Below are positions 6,769-16,293 of a DNA stretch of 34,564 nucleotides, one piece after another. Within the stretch, counting starts at the first letter, position 1, and each line of letters starts with the position of its first letter. The notes beneath the pieces were generated by a model. It was not told where the DNA came from. It did not search any database and worked only from the letters and a program-made list of their open reading frames with translations. Source of the DNA: a virus (taxonomy: Duplodnaviria > Caudoviricetes); IMG/VR virus record IMGVR_UViG_3300037311_000481, positions 1 through 34,564 of that record; one strand, written 5' to 3'. A program made the position numbers and the translations under genes.

Positions 6769-9700
6769 CAGTAGGCCCGCGCCGAGCCGCCGACGCCGCG
6801 CGCCGCGCCGGGTGCGACGAACGCCGCCCCCGGGTTGAAGCTGGCGATCGGCGCGTCGACCCCGCTGCCGGCGACGAGCTGGCGGATGCCGCTCGCGATC
6901 TCGGACAGCTGGTCGTTCGCTTCGTCGAGCTGGCTGTTCGTCGTGTCGAGCTTAGCCGCCGTCTGGTCTTTCGGGACCGACGCCTCGGCGATGCGCCGCT
7001 CGGTCGACTTCACCAGCTCCTCAAGGAGCGAGACGGTCTCGCCGCGCGACGTCGCCGCGCCCGCGCCGGTGCCGAACACCTCGCGGTCGAGATCGAGCAG
7101 CTGCTGCGACAGCGACGCGACCTTTTCGAGCGCGGCCTGGTCGCCACCGCGCGCGAGTGCCGCCTGCGCGTCGCGCTGGCCGAGGAGCGCCGTGCGCCGC
7201 TCGACCGCCGAGCCTTCCGCCCGCCCGCCGAAGCGCAGCTCGTCGAGCAGCGCGGCGATGCCCTGCGTGCTGCGCGCCAGCGTGTCCTTGACCGCCTTCG
7301 CGCGCTCCTCGCCGTTGATCTTCTCGATCTCGACGACGTCGAAGCCATAGGCTTTCGCGGTATCGAGCCGCGCCTTCGCCTGCCGGTCGAGGTCGCGGAA
7401 GAAGGTCGCGAACGGGTTGGCCCGGTTCGCGAGCAGATCCTCGAGGCCCTTGACCTTCAGCGCCTCGGCGACCGCCTTGTTGACGTTGTCGGCGTACTCG
7501 CGGAGCACGCCCTGCACGCGCGAGGACACCCCGCCGACCGCGCCGTCGCGGATCGCGTCGGCGAGTGCCGCCTGCACCGCCTCGCTTTCGGAGCCGAACT
7601 TCTGCACGCCCGCGCCCTTCGTGCGGTCGCTGCCGGAGCCGTCGACGGCGAACTTCTTGTTCCGCTTGCCGATCGACACCGAGAAGCTGCCGATGTCGCC
7701 GCCGAGCTGGTCGACGAGCGCCTGCACCGCGTCGCCGACCGAATTGCCCATCGCGTCGGCGGCCTTGCGGAACGACGCCGAATTGCCGACCGCGTCGCCC
7801 GTCGTCACCCGCCCGCCCGCCGCCGAGACGGTCGCCGATCCGGTCTTCGTTCCCATCAGCAGCCCGCCGAGCGTGCCGCCGAGCAACCCGCCGATCAGCG
7901 GCATGAACGGGCCGATACCCGGAATGGCAGAGCCAAGCATGCCGAGCGCCCCGCCGAGCTGCGCGCCCGTCGCCGACTGCTTGATACCGAGCGCGCCCGC
8001 GACGCCGCTCGCGATCGACCCCTGCGCCGCGCCCGCGAACGCCTTCCCCGCGACCGAAGCGAACCCGCCCGCCTTGCCGTCGAACAGCCCCTCAAGCGTG
8101 CGTGAGAGGGCTTTGAACGGCTCCTTGAACTTGTCGCCGAACGCGGTCGAGAACGCCTCGCCGACGCTCCCTGCCTTGTGCTGTCCCGGCTTCCCGACAA
8201 TCTGGCCGACCGTAGTCATGATCCCGCCACCGCGCGTGCCAAGCGCGGTGAAGTCGCCGCTGCGCGAGCCGTCGATCGCCGCCACGACTGCGCGGAGGGC
8301 AAGCCCCGCTTTGCCGCCGATCATCTGCCCGACGCCTTCGGCGAGGATCGTCGCCTCCCGCCCGAACGCACCGGCTCCCGCCTCGCCGAATTCCTTGCCG
8401 ATTTCGGCTATGCTCGCCTTCAGGCCCTCGGCGGCGTCTTTCCCGACGTCGATGCCGAGGCTCTTCAAACGGGCATCCATCTCCGACGATTGCGACGCGT
8501 CGCGCTTCGCCTCTGCGGTCTTCGTCGCCCAGAACGCATCATTGTCGTCAATCAGGCCGCGACTCTGCGCCGTGCGGATGTCCGCGAGTGCCTTGGCGTA
8601 GGTCTCGGCTGCCGTTGTCAGCGGGCTGAATGACGCCGCGAGACGCGCGTTCTCCGCAGCGAATTCTTTCGCGGCCCTTGCCGCGTCGCGGTCTTCGCTT
8701 GCACCGGCGCGGATGCCGACGCGACGCGCTGCCTCCGCCGCCTCCGCGTTCTTCACCGCCGTTGCAGCCGCCGCGAGGTCCGTGCGGTATTTGGCGAGCT
8801 CGGCACCGCCGGCGGCAGCGGCCGACTGGCCGCGTTCCTGGACGAGATTGTAGCGCGCCTGCGCCCGCTCAAGTTCGGTCGTCGCCGTAGCGAGCGCCAC
8901 CTGTTTTTCGATCAGCGAGGACGTTGTCGCTGCAAATCCGAGCCGGCGGCGGTCCGCGTCCGTCGCAGTGCCGCTCGCGAGCCGCTGCGCCGCCTCGGCT
9001 TCGCGTAGCTTCCCGGTCAACCCGTCGACTTCCGCGCCTGCCTTGATCACCGAATCCGCGAGGGACTTCAGCGCAGGATTGGCTTTCGCCAGCGCGTTGA
9101 GTTCTTTCGCGAGATCGGCGGCGGAACCGCCCGCGCGGAATCGTCCGGCGGCGCTGAAGACGCGGTCGAGTTCGGGCCGCGTTACATCGCCCTCGAAAGC
9201 CGTACCCGCGCGCGTCGCCTCACTGTTGATGAACCGGCCGACCGTGCGGCCAATGCCGGTCCGCCCATCGGCGATCTGGCCACGCAGGTCGCTGGCGTCT
9301 TCCGCCTTCGCGCGCGCCAGCGCCAACCGTTGCAGTTCGGTGATCTGCGCCCGGACCTTGCCGGTCGTGCGGTCGAAGAAATTGGCGAGGTCGTTTTGCT
9401 TGTCGCGGAGCGCGTCCGTCGCGGTGCCGGCCGACGTCAGCGACCCGACGAGTTGCGTGCCGATGACCGTCGTCGCAGCGAGGATGATCGCCCCGAACGG
9501 CCCGGCAAGGAAGGTGCCGACCTTTCCCAGCGCGCCCCCCATCATCGACGCCGCATAGGCCATCTGCCCGGCCTGCTGGCCGAACGCGACCATCGGATTG
9601 ATGCCGAGCGACAGCTGCTGGGTGAAGTCGCCGAACTGCATGCCGAGCTGCTGGACCCCGGCCGCGTGCATGCGGGTCGAGGAATTCGCCGCGCGCGTCG

Positions 9701-9905
9701 CGGCATCGTTGCGCCGCGTCGCCTCGGTGTGCCGGTCGAGCGCCGCCGTCTCGGCCTGCGCGCCGCGTGCGGCTTCGACTGCCGCCGCGCCCTGCGCCTT
9801 CGTCGCGGCCGTCAGCTGCTCGGCTGCCGATTCGGCCTGGCCGAGCGCCTGCACGCCTTTCGAGGCGTCGACCTCGACGCGGCCGCGGAGCAGGAACTCG
9901 GTCAC
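6768..9905 (-). CDS. Tape measure protein
   Basis: 1045 aa, Ala/Gly-rich and helical; N-terminal QFGDFTQQL...AFGQQAGQM TMP signature; follows the chaperones. Confidence 0.92.
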   Translation of the reverse strand: MTEFLLRGRVEVDASKGVQALGQAESAAEQLTAATKAQGAAAVEAARGAQAETAALDRHTEATRRNDAATRAANSSTRMHAAGVQQLGMQFGDFTQQLSLGINPMVAFGQQAGQMAYAASMMGGALGKVGTFLAGPFGAIILAATTVIGTQLVGSLTSAGTATDALRDKQNDLANFFDRTTGKVRAQITELQRLALARAKAEDASDLRGQIADGRTGIGRTVGRFINSEATRAGTAFEGDVTRPELDRVFSAAGRFRAGGSAADLAKELNALAKANPALKSLADSVIKAGAEVDGLTGKLREAEAAQRLASGTATDADRRRLGFAATTSSLIEKQVALATATTELERAQARYNLVQERGQSAAAAGGAELAKYRTDLAAAATAVKNAEAAEAARRVGIRAGASEDRDAARAAKEFAAENARLAASFSPLTTAAETYAKALADIRTAQSRGLIDDNDAFWATKTAEAKRDASQSSEMDARLKSLGIDVGKDAAEGLKASIAEIGKEFGEAGAGAFGREATILAEGVGQMIGGKAGLALRAVVAAIDGSRSGDFTALGTRGGGIMTTVGQIVGKPGQHKAGSVGEAFSTAFGDKFKEPFKALSRTLEGLFDGKAGGFASVAGKAFAGAAQGSIASGVAGALGIKQSATGAQLGGALGMLGSAIPGIGPFMPLIGGLLGGTLGGLLMGTKTGSATVSAAGGRVTTGDAVGNSASFRKAADAMGNSVGDAVQALVDQLGGDIGSFSVSIGKRNKKFAVDGSGSDRTKGAGVQKFGSESEAVQAALADAIRDGAVGGVSSRVQGVLREYADNVNKAVAEALKVKGLEDLLANRANPFATFFRDLDRQAKARLDTAKAYGFDVVEIEKINGEERAKAVKDTLARSTQGIAALLDELRFGGRAEGSAVERRTALLGQRDAQAALARGGDQAALEKVASLSQQLLDLDREVFGTGAGAATSRGETVSLLEELVKSTERRIAEASVPKDQTAAKLDTTNSQLDEANDQLSEIASGIRQLVAGSGVDAPIASFNPGAAFVAPGAARGVGGSARAY

Positions 9906-10309
9906 CGCGCGGCCTCCCGCTTGCGGAGCTCCGCGAACGCGGCGAGCGCTGCGCGCTCCATGACGCGCAGGTTCACGAACAGCGGCGCGCGCGGTTCGAT
10001 CCCGATGTCGGCCAGCCGCGCCACGCTTTCGATCACCTCATATTTGAGGCCGATGGGCTGCCCGCCCATGCCGGCCACGTTCCACTGCGTGTCCATCGCG
10101 AGGAAGAGCAGCGCCGCGCGCCCCTCCTCCTCGCCGAGTTCGAGCGGCTCGGGCGGGGCCGGGTCGGGGCCGAGCTTCGCCAGCTCGGCCGCGACATGGG
10201 CCTCGTCCGCACCCCATTTCCTCAGCGCGTCGCCGAGCTGGCGTCGCTTGTCCGAAGCGTCGGGTCCGCGTCGCTCGGCTCCGGCCCACCACCGGGCGAC
10301 GCTGCGGAG
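9902..10309 (-). CDS. Tail assembly chaperone GT, C-terminal part (DUF1799-like) reached by -1 frameshift
   Basis: LFLAMDTQWNVAGMGG..IGLKYE..LRVMERAAL; no own start; entered at the slippery site. Confidence 0.8.
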   Translation of the reverse strand, partial: LRSVARWWAGAERRGPDASDKRRQLGDALRKWGADEAHVAAELAKLGPDPAPPEPLELGEEEGRAALLFLAMDTQWNVAGMGGQPIGLKYEVIESVARLADIGIEPRAPLFVNLRVMERAALAAFAELRKREAAR

Positions 10310-10671
10310 TTTCCCGCGACGGTCTCCGGCATGCCGCGAAAGAAGTTGCCGAGCGCGGTGCCGAACGCGGCGGGCACGCCGGGCGTGTCGAGCAGCGCGT
10401 CGACATGCTCGGGCTTGAACGGCACCGCCTCGCCCGCTTCGTTGCGGATGGCGCGCCAGTCGACGACATAGCGGTCGAACAGCTGCCGGTCGGTGAGCGT
10501 CGTGACGATGCCCGCGCCGTCCGGCGCCAGCTTCCACGTCTCCTGCCACTCGGCGTTGCCCGGCCGCAGCAGCTTCAGCTCGAACGTCTGCGTTTCGACC
10601 TTGCCGCCGTCGACCGGCACGGCGACGCTGACCGGCCACCAGTGCGCCGGTCGTTTCTGGATCGTGAACAT
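10222..10671 (-). CDS. Tail assembly chaperone G
   Basis: 149 aa between tail tube and TMP; VVDWRAIRNEAGEAVPF motif. Confidence 0.85.
   Translation of the reverse strand: MFTIQKRPAHWWPVSVAVPVDGGKVETQTFELKLLRPGNAEWQETWKLAPDGAGIVTTLTDRQLFDRYVVDWRAIRNEAGEAVPFKPEHVDALLDTPGVPAAFGTALGNFFRGMPETVAGNSAASPGGGPEPSDADPTLRTSDASSATR
10309..10315 (-). other. -1 programmed ribosomal frameshift site G GGA AAC
   Basis: X XXY YYZ heptamer in the G frame (..VAGN); the -1 frame continues LRSVARWWAG. Confidence 0.85.
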
Positions 10672-10674
10672 CGG

Positions 10675-11619
10675 CTACCTCGTCTTCAGCGTGAGTTCGT
10701 TGCCCGCCGCCGACGGCACCAGCGTGAAGCCGAAGCTGCCCATGATGCGGTTCTGCTCCTGCGACCACTGCGGCTCGTCGAGGAACAGGCGGGTCGTCGA
10801 TACGTCGACGATGTTGCCCGCGACCGTGCCGTGCACGAGCGACATGGCGAGCGCGGCCCGCGTCGCGACCGAGGTCAGGTAGTTCTTGGTGTTGGGGTCC
10901 GGAACCTCGATCACCAGCTGCCCGCGCACCGCGCGGCGGTCGCCGTCTTCGGCCTTGCCGAAGATGATCGCGCGCTGGCCGACGAGGTCGCGGTACTCGG
11001 TCTTGTTGCCGAGCTCGATCTCGAGGCTGCGCAGCAGCGCGGCGTAGCCGTCGAGGCTGAACGTCGTGTTCGCGGTGTTGACCTCGACCGGGTCGGGATA
11101 GGCCGTCAGCACCGGCACCGGCACCGCCGCCTGGTCGGGCAGCTGGTTGAGGAGGCCGAGCTTCTGGAACGCGATGTAGGGCAGCTGCCCCGCCATGAAG
11201 TTGAACGTCGCGGTGCCGCGCACGCCCTGCGCCCGGTGGCGCAAAATGTCCTTCTGCCCGTAGAAGGTCGTGCTCGCGCCGTCGCCGCTGCTCGACAGGC
11301 CGTAGGTGACCTCGGTGGCCCCCACGGACGGCGCGTCGAACAGGCAGCCGCGCAGCGCGACCGCGCCCCAAGGCGTCGGCGTCAGCGCCGCGCCCGAGCC
11401 GCACAGCTCCATCTTGTAATTGTGGCCCTGTCGCCCGCGCGCCTTCGCCTTGGCGCGCGCGCCGATCAGGCCGGTCTCGGTGTTGCGCACGAGATCGTCG
11501 TAGATCATCGGCGTCGGTTCCCAGTCGAAGACCCGCAGCGCGTCGGTTCCGGCCGTCGGCGCGGCATCGGCGCCGTAGCTGCCTTCGACCTTCTCGAAGA
11601 TGAAGTCATAGTCACGCAT
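10675..11619 (-). CDS. Major tail tube protein
   Basis: KVEGSYGADAAPT N-terminus, ELGN motif, position before the chaperones. Confidence 0.85.
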   Translation of the reverse strand: MRDYDFIFEKVEGSYGADAAPTAGTDALRVFDWEPTPMIYDDLVRNTETGLIGARAKAKARGRQGHNYKMELCGSGAALTPTPWGAVALRGCLFDAPSVGATEVTYGLSSSGDGASTTFYGQKDILRHRAQGVRGTATFNFMAGQLPYIAFQKLGLLNQLPDQAAVPVPVLTAYPDPVEVNTANTTFSLDGYAALLRSLEIELGNKTEYRDLVGQRAIIFGKAEDGDRRAVRGQLVIEVPDPNTKNYLTSVATRAALAMSLVHGTVAGNIVDVSTTRLFLDEPQWSQEQNRIMGSFGFTLVPSAAGNELTLKTR

Positions 11620-11932
11620 CGGTCTTGCTCCCCTCGTCGCCGCCCGCCGTCGCCGGCGTCGTCTCGTCGCCCGACGCGAACGCGGCCTCGTCGATGACGA
11701 CCTCGCCCGTCTTCCCGCCGAGCAGCGTCTCGCCTGCGCGGCGCGCAGCGCGCTCCGGCCCCGACCAGGGCAGCCCGTCGCTGCGCAGGTAGAGCCCGGT
11801 CGACCGCTCGCGGACGCCGTTCTCGGCCAGCTCGTGCTTCGCCGGGTCGAACCAGTCCGGCAGTCCCGCCGGAGCCACCGCCGACGCCGGAACCGCCGCT
11901 TTCCTTCCTCTCGCCACCGTCTTTCCCTTCAC
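11612..11932 (-). CDS. Hypothetical protein
   Basis: About 106 aa filling the gap between terminator and tube genes; GTG start at 11932 or 11917. Confidence 0.55.
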   Translation of the reverse strand: MKGKTVARGRKAAVPASAVAPAGLPDWFDPAKHELAENGVRERSTGLYLRSDGLPWSGPERAARRAGETLLGGKTGEVVIDEAAFASGDETTPATAGGDEGSKTDA

Positions 11933-12357
11933 TGAGTGATGTTCTTCGTGATCCGCCGCACCGTCTGGAAATCGAGCGTCGTCACCACGCGGGCCTCGGC
12001 GATCTCGAGCAGCTGGATGGCGGCGAGCGCGGTCGCGGTGCCGTCCGCGTCGGGATGCACCCAGCCGGTCAGCAGCTCCTCGACGAGGCGCACGTGCCGC
12101 TCGATCTCGGTGTCGCCGAGCTGCGGATTGCGCGGGGTGACGCCGTTGAACAGCAGCACCGAGAAGCTGCAGTCGACCAGCTGGTCGTGGCGACCGACGA
12201 GGGCGCGCGGCGCGCGCGCCGCCTCGCGCCCGGCGACCACATAGGCGGCGGGCAGGAACTGCGGCGGGCGCGCCCGCATGACGGCGAGCGCGCTCACCCC
12301 CTCGACGTTGGGCACGCCGCCCGCGACCAGCCGCTCGGTGATGGGCACGAGGTTCAT
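11929..12357 (-). CDS. Tail terminator (Mu gp37-like)
   Basis: PAAYVV...LLTGWVHP motifs; ATGA coupling. Confidence 0.75.
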   Translation of the reverse strand: MNLVPITERLVAGGVPNVEGVSALAVMRARPPQFLPAAYVVAGREAARAPRALVGRHDQLVDCSFSVLLFNGVTPRNPQLGDTEIERHVRLVEELLTGWVHPDADGTATALAAIQLLEIAEARVVTTLDFQTVRRITKNITQ

Positions 12358-12854
12358 GCGGCGCCCTCGAGATGGCGGACGAGCCGCATGCCGATCTCGG
12401 CAGGGTCTTCGGGGCCGAAGCCGATGAACTGGCGGCGCGGCAAGGTGACCGAGGCACGCGGGCCGAACGGGGTGCGCAGCGCGCGGGTGAGCACGTGCGG
12501 CGTGCCGTCGTCTTGCGTCTTCGGCCGGATGGTGCCGCCCTCGTTGTGGATCGCGGCGTAGATGACGTTGGTGCCGACTTCGGCCGACGTTGCGTCCGAC
12601 GCACCGACGAGGCTCTGCAGCAGCCGCGCGCTGGCGATCAGCGTCTTGCGCCCCTCCTCGGTCGCCGCCTTCGACGGCTTCCACGCGGCTCCGTCCGGCG
12701 CGCGCTGGTCTTCGAACCGCTGCTGCGTCTCGGAGAGCATGTAGCTCGCGATCGCGTCCATCGCGGGCGAGAGATCGCCCGCGCGCCGCGCCATCGCCGC
12801 GACCGCGGGGCTGAGCGTGTCGCCTTCGAGGCGCAGGGTGAGCGTGACGGCCAT
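12354..12854 (-). CDS. Virion morphogenesis / tail completion protein (Mu G-like)
   Basis: RFEDQRAPDGAAWKP, VGTNVIYAAIHNEGG, LPRRQFIG. Confidence 0.9.
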   Translation of the reverse strand: MAVTLTLRLEGDTLSPAVAAMARRAGDLSPAMDAIASYMLSETQQRFEDQRAPDGAAWKPSKAATEEGRKTLIASARLLQSLVGASDATSAEVGTNVIYAAIHNEGGTIRPKTQDDGTPHVLTRALRTPFGPRASVTLPRRQFIGFGPEDPAEIGMRLVRHLEGAA

Positions 12855-12855
12855 C

Positions 12856-13587
12856 TCAGTAGCCGCTCATCGAATCGCGCGAGAAGCGGCGGTCGCCGCC
12901 CTCGAAATAGACGGGCGCGGACGGCGCGGTGCTCGGGCCGGCCGCGTCGACCGACAGCAGCGCGGTGCCGTTCGCGATGTCGCGCAGCAGCCGCCGCGCG
13001 TCGGTGCGCGCCTGCGCGACGTTCGCGGGCAGCTCGGTCTTGTAGAGGCGGGCGAGCGCGAGGTCGTAGACGATGCCCGCGACTTCGGGCGGCGCGACCG
13101 CCAGCGGCACGCTGTAGCGGGCGCGCAGATAGCTGTCGGCTTCCGCCTGCGCCGCCTCGATCGCGGCGATCAGGGGGCGCTTGTCGATGCGCCCGGTGCC
13201 GAGCTCGCTGGTCAGCCGCACGGTCTCGGCGATCCCGGCCCGCTCGACGAAGGCGGCGATCGACAGATATGCGGTCGTGCCGTCGGGCACGATCCACGCC
13301 AGATCCTCGACGAGGATCTCCGCCTCGCGCTCGACCGGCCCGGCCGCGTTCGGGCCGGAGGCCGCGACCGTCACCAGATAGCTGCCGCCCGCCGTGCCAC
13401 CGCGCAGCTCGACGCGCGCCAGCGCGCCCGACACCGCCTGCGCGACGACCGCGAGCGCCGCCCCGCCATAAGTCGCGCGCGGCAGCACCGCGACGCTCTC
13501 GATCGCGATCGGCGCGACGAGCTCGCCCGCGAAGTCGATCTCGACGAGCAGATCCTCGCCCGGCTGTTTCAGGATCGGCAGGCTCAT
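12856..13587 (-). CDS. Mu gp36-like (DUF1320) head-tail adaptor with an extra N-terminal fibre-adaptor-like domain
   Basis: C-terminal AEADSYLRARYSVPL...DLALARLY...LLRDIANG...RRFSRDSM; N-terminal about 95 aa KQPGEDLLVEIDF...GGTAGGSYLVTV. Confidence 0.85.
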   Translation of the reverse strand: MSLPILKQPGEDLLVEIDFAGELVAPIAIESVAVLPRATYGGAALAVVAQAVSGALARVELRGGTAGGSYLVTVAASGPNAAGPVEREAEILVEDLAWIVPDGTTAYLSIAAFVERAGIAETVRLTSELGTGRIDKRPLIAAIEAAQAEADSYLRARYSVPLAVAPPEVAGIVYDLALARLYKTELPANVAQARTDARRLLRDIANGTALLSVDAAGPSTAPSAPVYFEGGDRRFSRDSMSGY

Positions 13588-15782
13588 GCGCCGACCCTCA
13601 GCAGGCGTCGCCACGGCTTCACCTTCTTCGCCGGCCGCCCGAACAGCTGCGCGGCGGGCGGCGGCGTGTAGCTGCCGCTCGCGCTCCCGCGCAGGACGAT
13701 GAGCCCCGCCGCCGCGCCGCGCACGGCGGCGACAGCCGTGGCACTGCCGCGCAGGCCGATGCTGCCCGCAACGGGGCCGCGCACGACGTCGGTCGCGACC
13801 GCACCGCCGCGCAGCGCGATGCCGCCCGCAGCCGTCCCGCGCACGACCGCGAGGCCCTGCGCCCCGCCCATCAGCTGGAGGCTGCCCGCCGCCGCGCCGA
13901 TATAGCCCTGCACGACGGCTACGGGATCGAGCGTGCGCGCGACCGGCGCGGCGGTTGCGCTCCCCGGCGGCGTCACCGCCGACCGGGTGAGGCTGGAGAC
14001 GTCCGGATTGGTGCCGAACGCGTGCCGCAGCGTCAGCACGCCGACGGGCGCGCTCGCCAGCGCCAGCGTGACGACGTTGCCGCTCCGGGTCGCCGCGCTC
14101 ACGGTCACCGGCGTGCCGTCCTCGAGCACACTCCAGCCGGTGAGCCCCGTCGTCGGCCCGGCGAGCGCGCCGCTGAACGTCACGCTGATCGCGCTGCCGG
14201 CGACGATCGCGGAGACGACCGACACGCCTGCGGCCGCGCCGCCCTCGGCGAACCGCCGAGCCATTTCGATGTAACCGTCGTTCGTCAGGTGGACGCTGTC
14301 TGCGAGCGGCAGGTCGAAGGTCTCGACCGCGACCGTCACGCCGGCCGCGTCGCGGATCGCGCGGTTGACGGCGTGGACGTAGCTGTCGGTGAGTGTCGCG
14401 GTGTCGCGGCCGATCAGCGCGGCGTTGAAGCGGAGTTCGCCCGGGCCGGTGCGCCCGGTCGCGGTCGCGATGCCCGCGACGATCGCGGCGAGCGTCTCGC
14501 GGTGCCGCGCCTCGGTGAAGCCAGGGTTCGACATGGCCGTCTGGCCCTGATTCCAGATCACCTCCTCGAGATCGCCCCAGCTGGCGAGCAGCGGCGCGAT
14601 CTTCGCGGTCCATTCGGACCCGGCCGGGACCGCGCCGTCGATCGTCGAGGTGAAGGCCGGGCAATGCTGGCGGATGCCGGTGCCGTTCGTCGCGACCAGC
14701 GCGATTCCGACCGGCACGCCGAGCTTCGCGGCGCGGCGGTTCGCGAACTCGGCCGCCGCGACGTGATTGACCGGTTGCGACCACGCACCGCCCGAAAAGA
14801 AGGCATTGCGGCCGGTGTAGGCGATGCTGCCGGTCGAGCCGAACGTGCCGACCATGAGCGACTGCCCGCCGCAGGCGGTGAGCGCGCCGACCGTGAACGT
14901 CGCCGACGTCCAGCTCGCGATCACTGTCCCGCCAGCCGTGCGGCTGCGCAGCCGCAGCACGCGGCCCACAGGGTTCGGGTGGACGTCCTGCCCGACGTCG
15001 ATCTGGACGCCGCTGATCGTGCCACCGCCGATCGTCACGCCGCCGAGCGTCGCCCAGGCGGCGAGCACGGTCCCGGACGCGTCCTCGACTTGCGCCTGGA
15101 CATCGTCAGGCACCGCGCCGGTGTAGGCGAGCGCCGGGGTCAGCCGAGCGAAGGTCTCGCCCTTGCGCCGTTGCAGCACGGCGTTCGGCAGCGGCGCACC
15201 CGCCGTCACGGACAGCGTGTCGGTGACCAGCGCGTCCGTCTCGAAGTCATCGAAGTATTCGAGCGAGCCGCCGTTGCCCTCGCAGCCCAGCCCGACGTTC
15301 TGCGACGAAGCGAGCGCGGCGTCGGCCACGGTGTAGCCCGCGCCTGCGCCGATCTGCGTGCCGTTCTTGAACAGCTTCACCGTCGAGCCTTCGACGCTCG
15401 CCCGGATGACGTCGCCGGAGACCAGCCCGGTCGCGATCGTCGCGACCGTCGTCAGCGTGCCTGCGACCAGCTTGAACAGCACGACGGACGTGCCGGAGTT
15501 CCGCACGCCGATGAAGTTCGACGCGTCGACCCAGCGCACGAGGAGCGCCGCGCCGACGCCCGTCGTGATGCGGAACGCAGCTTGCGCATAGTGGTCAGCG
15601 GCACCGGCCGAGCGGACATAACCGTAATAGACGCTCGCGCCTGCGCCGCCGCCGACTTTCACCCGGTTGTTGTTGATCGTCGCCTTGTCCTGATAGGCGA
15701 CGTTCCCCGAGAACGACCAGCCGGAGCGCTGCCGCAGCAGCGCCCCGTTCGTGCCGGTAAAGTCATCGGTGAAGACCGGCAT
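13584..15782 (-). CDS. Multidomain virion fibre: lectin-like domain + SGNH (sialate O-acetylesterase-like) esterase + Ig-like domain + C-terminal repeats
   Basis: GGQSL, WNQGQT, DSVH SGNH blocks; 20-aa C-terminal repeats. Confidence 0.7.
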   Translation of the reverse strand: MPVFTDDFTGTNGALLRQRSGWSFSGNVAYQDKATINNNRVKVGGGAGASVYYGYVRSAGAADHYAQAAFRITTGVGAALLVRWVDASNFIGVRNSGTSVVLFKLVAGTLTTVATIATGLVSGDVIRASVEGSTVKLFKNGTQIGAGAGYTVADAALASSQNVGLGCEGNGGSLEYFDDFETDALVTDTLSVTAGAPLPNAVLQRRKGETFARLTPALAYTGAVPDDVQAQVEDASGTVLAAWATLGGVTIGGGTISGVQIDVGQDVHPNPVGRVLRLRSRTAGGTVIASWTSATFTVGALTACGGQSLMVGTFGSTGSIAYTGRNAFFSGGAWSQPVNHVAAAEFANRRAAKLGVPVGIALVATNGTGIRQHCPAFTSTIDGAVPAGSEWTAKIAPLLASWGDLEEVIWNQGQTAMSNPGFTEARHRETLAAIVAGIATATGRTGPGELRFNAALIGRDTATLTDSYVHAVNRAIRDAAGVTVAVETFDLPLADSVHLTNDGYIEMARRFAEGGAAAGVSVVSAIVAGSAISVTFSGALAGPTTGLTGWSVLEDGTPVTVSAATRSGNVVTLALASAPVGVLTLRHAFGTNPDVSSLTRSAVTPPGSATAAPVARTLDPVAVVQGYIGAAAGSLQLMGGAQGLAVVRGTAAGGIALRGGAVATDVVRGPVAGSIGLRGSATAVAAVRGAAAGLIVLRGSASGSYTPPPAAQLFGRPAKKVKPWRRLLRVGA
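13670..13905 (-). repeat. Four degenerate 60-bp coding repeats (VVRGxxAGxIxLRGxA)
   Basis: Aligned units visible at 13681, 13741, 13801 and 13861. Confidence 0.75.
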
Positions 15783-15791
15783 GGCCGCGAC

Positions 15792-16214
15792 CTATCCGGC
15801 GAAGTCGAGCTGGCAGCCGGTGACCTCGACCGGCCCGCCTGCGACGAGATCGAGGCGGTTGAGCTCGACGAAGCCGCCGCCGCCGGTGACCGTCACGGTC
15901 CCGTCGAGCTCGGTGCCGCCGTCGGCGTTCTTCAGCCGCGCCCACGCCGCATTGCCGGTCGCGTCCGCGCCCTCGTCGCGGGCGATCGCCGAAAAGGTCA
16001 GCACGCCGCCCGACGGCGCGGGCGCGGGCGGGTCGGCGAAGGTGAGGACGGCGAGCAGCGTGCCGGTCGCCGCCGCGTCGCCGTTCGCGGGCTTGCTGCC
16101 GCTGCGGATCTCGAGCGTCGCGCGCGCGCCGCCCGGCGTCGGGTCGAGCCGCGTCAGCAGCGCGGCCAGCATCGCGTTCTTCGATGGCGTTGCGAGGGTA
16201 ACGGTTGCGGACAT
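15792..16214 (-). CDS. Small virion structural protein (beta-rich, possible fibre base)
   Basis: 140 aa, GTLLAVLTF...ADATGNAAWARL; AGGA SD; first gene after the terminator. Confidence 0.7.
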   Translation of the reverse strand: MSATVTLATPSKNAMLAALLTRLDPTPGGARATLEIRSGSKPANGDAAATGTLLAVLTFADPPAPAPSGGVLTFSAIARDEGADATGNAAWARLKNADGGTELDGTVTVTGGGGFVELNRLDLVAGGPVEVTGCQLDFAG

Positions 16215-16231
16215 GCGAATCCTCGATCCTG

Positions 16232-16269
16232 AAAAAGTGGCGGCGGGGCGGATACGCTGCCCCGCCGCC
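16232..16269 (-). terminator. Intrinsic terminator after the capsid genes
   Basis: GGCGGCGGGGC/GCCCCGCCGCC 11-bp stem followed by ACTTTTTC on the minus strand. Confidence 0.75.
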
Positions 16270-16293
16270 GGTACCGGCCCGTCAGGGCTAGGC

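Noticed and set aside
13670-13905. Repeats as a CRISPR array or DGR template/variable repeat
   Set aside because: Degenerate in-frame coding repeats; no spacers, cas or reverse transcriptase genes in the window
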